NCBI GenBank assembly: GCA_036526155.1
Contig: DATCZB010000094.1
Span: 1 to 18,494, forward strand
From: Gammaproteobacteria bacterium
Lineage (GTDB): Bacteria > Pseudomonadota > Gammaproteobacteria > Steroidobacterales > Rariloculaceae
DNA: 18,494 bases
Direction of reading: 5' to 3'
Below, in pieces: positions 14,443 through 18,494 of the stretch (position 1 is the stretch's first letter; the number at the start of each line of letters is the position of its first letter). A program made the translations under genes and the position numbers. Under the pieces are notes generated by a model. It had not been told where the DNA came from. It saw only the letters and a list, made by a program, of their open reading frames with translations, and did no database searches.

Positions 14443-15362
14443 GCCGGGGCGCGCGCGACCGCGACCACGACCTCGAGCGACGCACGCGGCTGGTTCAGTC
14501 GGCGGGCGTCGCATCTGTCTCCGTCGCCGTGGCGCTGGTCGTGCTCAAGATCTGGGCCTGGACAGCGACCGGCTCGATCGCGATGCTCGGCTCGCTGGCC
14601 GATTCAGTGCTCGACCTGTTTGCATCGACGATGACGTTGATTGCGGTTCGCTTTGCGCTCGAGCCTGCGGATCCGGAGCATCGGTTCGGGCACGGCAAGC
14701 TCGAGGCCATCGCCGGTCTGGCCCAGTCCTTTGTGATTACGCTGTCAGCCGGATACGTGGGCTTCAGGGCGATCACGCGCCTCATCGAGCCCGAACCCAT
14801 CGCGGCTCCGTTGGCCGGCACGGTCGTAATGCTCGTTTCGCTGGTGTTTACGGTGTCGCTAGTCCTCTACCAGCGCTTCGTCGTCCGACGGACGGGGTCG
14901 ATTGCGATCAGCGCCGATGCGCTGCACTACAAGGCCGACGTGCTGACGAATATCGTCGTGCTGGCGGCGATTGCCGCGAGCTCGTGGTTCGGCTGGTATC
15001 GTGCCGACCCGATCCTCGGTCTGCTCGTGGTTCTCGTGATCCTCGCGAGCGTTCGGGCGATCGTGCTGCAGTCGCTCGACGTCCTGCTCGACCGTGAGCT
15101 CTCAGTCGAGCGCCGCGAGCAGATCCTGACAATCGCGAGGCGTCACGAAGAGGTGCTCGGTGTGCACGATCTCAGGACGCGAACCTCGGGCACGCATGAG
15201 TTCATTCAGTTTCATCTGGAGCTCTCGCCCGAGTTGCCGCTGGCGCGGGTGCACGAGATCTGCGACGAGGTCGAGGCCGAGGTCGAGCAGCGCTTTCCAC
15301 GGGCCGAAGTGATCATCCACGCCGATCCCTTCGGCGTCGTGGAGGCCACGGACGAGTTCTGA
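14439..15362 (+). CDS. Cation diffusion facilitator family metal exporter (FieF/YiiP-like)
   Basis: 307 aa. SIAMLGSLADSVLDLFAS (TM2 DxxxD-type site), HRFGHGKLE and ADALHYKADVLTN (TM5 HxxxD site) are present, together with a C-terminal cytoplasmic domain. The ATG overlaps the aminotransferase stop (ATGA). Confidence 0.88.
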   Translation: MSRGARDRDHDLERRTRLVQSAGVASVSVAVALVVLKIWAWTATGSIAMLGSLADSVLDLFASTMTLIAVRFALEPADPEHRFGHGKLEAIAGLAQSFVITLSAGYVGFRAITRLIEPEPIAAPLAGTVVMLVSLVFTVSLVLYQRFVVRRTGSIAISADALHYKADVLTNIVVLAAIAASSWFGWYRADPILGLLVVLVILASVRAIVLQSLDVLLDRELSVERREQILTIARRHEEVLGVHDLRTRTSGTHEFIQFHLELSPELPLARVHEICDEVEAEVEQRFPRAEVIIHADPFGVVEATDEF

Positions 15363-15387
15363 TACGCGGCAGCCGAGGGGCTTCGTG

Positions 15388-16236
15388 CTAGAGGCCGAGC
15401 TCCGCAGCGGCAAGTGCCTCGATGAGCGCGAACAGCTGATCATAACCGCCGGCCATGCCGACATCGGTGCGGTACTTGCCGTTGACAATGATCGTCGGCG
15501 TGCTGTCGACGCGATAGCGGCGACCGAGCTCGTCAGCACGATTGAGACGCGTGTGCACGGCGAAGGAGTCGAACACGCCCTCGAACTCTTCGCGGCTCAC
15601 GTCGAACTCGCCGAAGAAGTCGGCGAGTGCGTCTGCCGACTGCAGATAATTGCCGCGGTCATGCATCTCGCGGAAGAACGGCATATTCATCTCTTCTTCC
15701 TTGCCGAGCGCGACGGCGGTGTAGAAACCCTGAGCATGCAGCCGCACGGTCGGGTTCCAGGTCGTCGGCACGCGGACGAACTGGATATGCTCCGGCTTCT
15801 CCGGCAGCCATGCCTCGACATAGGGCTCGAGGTTGTAGCAGTGAATGCAGCTGTGCATGAAGAATTCGGCGACCTCGACCGTGCCCGGGCTCGAGTTCGA
15901 CGGCTGGGTCGGCGAGAGACGACGGTAGTGCTGACCCTCGACAAAGCCGGCTGCCTCGACGCTGCTGAGGTCGACCTGAGCGAGCTGGATCCTTTCGGTT
16001 GCCGGGCTTTCCGTGGTCGCCGCCGATTCAGCCTGCGCGGTGGCTTCGGTCGCCGTCGCGGCGACAGCTGGCGCGGGCTCGGCGGTCGTCTCGGCAGCCG
16101 TAGCTGGAGCCGTAGCTGGAGCCGACATGGTCTCGGCGGTGCCGGTCGCCTGCTCGGCGGCGGTGCTGGTTGGCTCGGGCTGGCCGCAGCCGGCCAGAGC
16201 GAACAGGGCCAGGAATAAAATGGGTATTCGTTTCAC
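15388..16236 (-). CDS. dsbA: DsbA-family thiol:disulfide oxidoreductase, predicted lipoprotein with a long low-complexity tether
   Basis: 282 aa. The GTG start has GGAGGG 5 nt upstream. Lipobox LFALAGC (Cys17), then about 75 aa rich in A/T/E/P/S, then a DsbA fold: FFMHSCIHCYNLEP (CxxC), cis-Pro loop STPTIIVNGKY. It lies 18 nt downstream of cytochrome c4. Confidence 0.85.
   Translation of the reverse strand: MKRIPILFLALFALAGCGQPEPTSTAAEQATGTAETMSAPATAPATAAETTAEPAPAVAATATEATAQAESAATTESPATERIQLAQVDLSSVEAAGFVEGQHYRRLSPTQPSNSSPGTVEVAEFFMHSCIHCYNLEPYVEAWLPEKPEHIQFVRVPTTWNPTVRLHAQGFYTAVALGKEEEMNMPFFREMHDRGNYLQSADALADFFGEFDVSREEFEGVFDSFAVHTRLNRADELGRRYRVDSTPTIIVNGKYRTDVGMAGGYDQLFALIEALAAAELGL
16096..16124 (-). 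repeat. Tandem 12-bp repeat (about 2.4 copies) inside the DsbA linker coding region
   Basis: AGCCGTAGCTGG at 16096-16107 and again at 16108-16119, followed by the partial copy AGCCG. It encodes the PATAPATA portion of the tether. Confidence 0.8.
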
Positions 16237-16254
16237 GCTTGCCCTCCGGGTCGT

Positions 16255-16908
16255 TTAGTTTAGGCCCTGCATGTAGCTAGCCAGGGCGTCGATTTCTTCG
16301 TCGAGTAACAGTTCGGCAACGTTGCGCATCATTTGGTTCAATCTTGCATCTGATCGACGCGCGCCCGACTGGTAGTCGCGTAGCGTCGTTGCCAGATAAT
16401 CCGCATGCTGATGACTGATTCGCGGATAGCCAGCCAGCGGATTCCCCTTGCCGCGCGGGCCATGGCACGCGATGCAGGCTGCGATATTGCGTTCCGGAAT
16501 CCCGCCGCGGTAGATCCGCTCGCCGGTTTCGACGGCTTCGGGGTTGGCGCCCTTGGGCGCAATGGCCTGGGTCGCGAAATAGGCGCCGAGATCCTGCATG
16601 TCCTGCTCGGACAGGATTGCGGCAAAGCCCTGCATGCCGGCGTCGCTGCGCTCACCGTCCTTGTAGGCCTGCAGCTGGCGCGCCGTATATGTGGCATGCT
16701 GGCCCGCCAGCGATGGCCATATGGGAGTCACGGAATTGCCGTCGGCGCCATGGCAGGCGGCACAGGTGACCGACTTGGTCTGACCAGCCTCGGCCGCGCC
16801 CTGCTGTGCGCGTGACTCCAGAGAGGTAGACAGCGCGACGATCGCGATTGCGAAAGTCAGCATATATAGGGGGTTACAGCGCTCTGAGCGCTCTGTCGTC
16901 GAATGCAC
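16255..16908 (-). CDS. Cytochrome c4 (soluble diheme class I cytochrome c)
   Basis: Two CxxCH sites (CAACHG, CIACHG). Each is followed by a c4-type segment (PSLAGQHATYTARQLQAYKDGERS, and AGYPRISHQHADYLATTLRDYQSGARRS). The start is ambiguous: GTG 16908 (ORF track) or ATG 16863 (MLTFAIAIVALS... signal peptide). Confidence 0.9.
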   Translation of the reverse strand: MHSTTERSERCNPLYMLTFAIAIVALSTSLESRAQQGAAEAGQTKSVTCAACHGADGNSVTPIWPSLAGQHATYTARQLQAYKDGERSDAGMQGFAAILSEQDMQDLGAYFATQAIAPKGANPEAVETGERIYRGGIPERNIAACIACHGPRGKGNPLAGYPRISHQHADYLATTLRDYQSGARRSDARLNQMMRNVAELLLDEEIDALASYMQGLN

Positions 16909-17009
16909 GTTATCCGGGTTCTTTACCTTGGAAAAGCGCGGCGATTGTACACTAAGCGCCCATCTCGAGCAGCGACATCAATCCGGGAGCCGGCCAGACA
17001 GGGCGGTCA

Positions 17010-17582
17010 ATGCAGGCGAAATTTCTCAAGAGCGCTGCGGGCGCAGACGGTTTTCCCGAAGACTCCGGGACCGAGGTTGCCTTTGTGGGCCGGTCGAATT
17101 CGGGTAAATCCAGCGCAATCAATCGAATTACGGGCCAGACCAAGCTCGCTCGCGTCAGCAAGACGCCCGGCCGCACGCAGCTCATCAACTTCTTCGATCT
17201 CGGCAAGGAGCGCCGGCTCGTGGATCTTCCGGGCTACGGGTTTGCCCGTGTGCCCGATCGAGTCAAGCGCGAGTGGCGCGATCTGGTCGATGCCTATTTC
17301 GGGTCCCGGGATTCCCTGGCCGGGCTGTTTCTTACCGTCGATATCCGGCGCGGGGTGTCCGCCAGCGACGACCAGATGATTGGCTGGGCGCTCGATCTCG
17401 GCTGCCCGGTGGCCGTGCTCATGACCAAGTCTGACAAGCTCTCGCGCGGCGCGGGCATGAGTGATGTCATGCGGGCGCAGGGACAGCTCGGGTCCGAGGT
17501 TGCGGTCATCCGGTTCTCGGCCCGGGACGGGACCGGCGTCGACGAAGCCAGGCAGCGCCTGCTGGAGTGGGTCGGCACCTGA
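17010..17582 (+). CDS. engB: Ribosome biogenesis GTP-binding protein EngB/YihA
   Basis: 190 aa. Contains GRSNSGKSSAIN (G1), KTPGRTQLINFF, DLPGYGF (G3) and TKSDK (G4). Confidence 0.93.
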   Translation: MQAKFLKSAAGADGFPEDSGTEVAFVGRSNSGKSSAINRITGQTKLARVSKTPGRTQLINFFDLGKERRLVDLPGYGFARVPDRVKREWRDLVDAYFGSRDSLAGLFLTVDIRRGVSASDDQMIGWALDLGCPVAVLMTKSDKLSRGAGMSDVMRAQGQLGSEVAVIRFSARDGTGVDEARQRLLEWVGT

Positions 17583-17654
17583 ACCGTCGAGCCCGGGAAA
17601 CCGTCGAGCGAGGCCCGGCGTTCACATTCAGGCCGCCCCGATCGACGCACGCGA

Positions 17655-18494
17655 CTAGTGAGCTTCGTCCCAGTTGGCGCCCGAGTGAGCGTCCACCCGC
17701 AACGGCACGTCGAGCTCGGCGGCCTGTTGCATGATGTCGACGAGTTGCGCCTCGGCCTCGGCTGCCGCGTCGGCCTCGACTTCGAGCACGAGCTCGTCGT
17801 GCACCTGCATGATCAGGCGGCCGGGCAGCGCGCCGGCGTCGAGTTGTCGCGCGACCTCGAGCATTGCCATCTTGATGATGTCGGCCGCCGTCCCCTGCAT
17901 CGGGGCATTGATGGCGCTGCGCTCGGCATACTGGCGTCGCGGCGCATTGCGGGCATTGATATCCGGCAGGTAGAGGCGTCGGCCGAAGACGGTGCTGACG
18001 AAACCCTGCTCGCGGGCGAGCTCGCGGGTCCGGTCCATGTAGGCCTTGACCCCCGGGTAACGCTCGAAGTACAGGTCGACATAGTCCTGGGCTTCGTGCC
18101 GGCTGATCCCGAGCTGCCGGGCCAGCCCGAAGGCCGACATGCCGTAAATCAGCCCGAAGTTGATTGCCTTCGCCGAACGCCGCTGGTCTGAATCGACCTC
18201 CTTGGGACTGACGCCGAAGACCTCTGCTGCCGTGGCTCGATGCACGTCCTGCTCCTCGCGGAAAGCGCCGATGAGGCCGGCGTCGCCCGAGAGATGCGCC
18301 ATGATCCGGAGCTCGATCTGCGAGTAGTCGGCGGCTATCAGGCAGTGATCGGGCGGCGCGATGAACGCCTGGCGAATGCGGCGTCCTTCGGGTTTGCGGA
18401 TCGGGATGTTCTGCAGGTTCGGATCCGATGAGCTCAGGCGTCCGGTCGCCGCAACCGCCTGATGATAAGAGGTATGAATCCGGCCGGTCCGCGG
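17655..18494 (-). CDS. polA: DNA polymerase I, C-terminal polymerase domain (5' end lies outside the window)
   Basis: The frame stays open upstream of the listed Met through the right edge ([33 protein letters not shown]...[16 protein letters not shown]). Contains [16 protein letters not shown] (motif B) and QVHDELV (motif C). TAG stop at 17655-17657. Confidence 0.95.
   Translation of the reverse strand, partial: PRTGRIHTSYHQAVAATGRLSSSDPNLQNIPIRKPEGRRIRQAFIAPPDHCLIAADYSQIELRIMAHLSGDAGLIGAFREEQDVHRATAAEVFGVSPKEVDSDQRRSAKAINFGLIYGMSAFGLARQLGISRHEAQDYVDLYFERYPGVKAYMDRTRELAREQGFVSTVFGRRLYLPDINARNAPRRQYAERSAINAPMQGTAADIIKMAMLEVARQLDAGALPGRLIMQVHDELVLEVEADAAAEAEAQLVDIMQQAAELDVPLRVDAHSGANWDEAH

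Noticed and set aside
15363-15387. Possible terminator in the 25-bp gap between the convergent CDF and dsbA genes.
   Set aside because: Only a 4-bp stem (AGCC/GGCT) can be drawn, which is not credible as a terminator. This is noted under the operon finding instead.
15385-16218. 277-aa antisense ORF opposite dsbA, and the 145-aa ORF at 15102-15539 bridging the CDF and dsbA 3' ends.
   Set aside because: No motifs and repetitive Arg/Gly composition. The opposite and adjacent frames encode recognisable DsbA and CDF proteins.

Overview
High-GC, almost fully coding chromosomal segment. The polA / engB / cytochrome c4-dsbA neighbourhood suggests a gammaproteobacterium. Left to right: the C-terminal end of a small TPR-like protein followed by TRAP transporter Q and M permease genes (+). 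A 7-kb minus-strand block then runs from an AT-rich intergenic region near 9300 to a perfect 18-bp hairpin at 2156-2193. That block holds a Tat-signal TRAP solute-binding protein, azurin, a heme-copper cytochrome c oxidase cluster (subunit II with a fused diheme cytochrome c domain, subunit I, two subunit-III-like proteins, a small subunit-IV-family protein) and a 96-aa membrane protein with a His3 tail. Next is a tightly packed plus-strand array: dtd-tatA-tatB-tatC-OPT transporter-YbdL-like aminotransferase-CDF metal exporter. The right end carries a cytochrome c4-dsbA pair (-), engB/yihA (+) and the 3' part of polA (-). I found no tRNA/rRNA genes, CRISPR arrays, integrases, transposases, toxin-antitoxin pairs or recognisable defence genes. 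This reads as a mostly housekeeping region, and I found no convincing evidence of a wholly new system. The most unusual content is the azurin-led oxidase operon with its uncharacterised tail gene, the split TRAP system around it, and an atypical lipoprotein DsbA with a long low-complexity tether. All family assignments rest on motif recognition by eye from the supplied translations; no database search was run.
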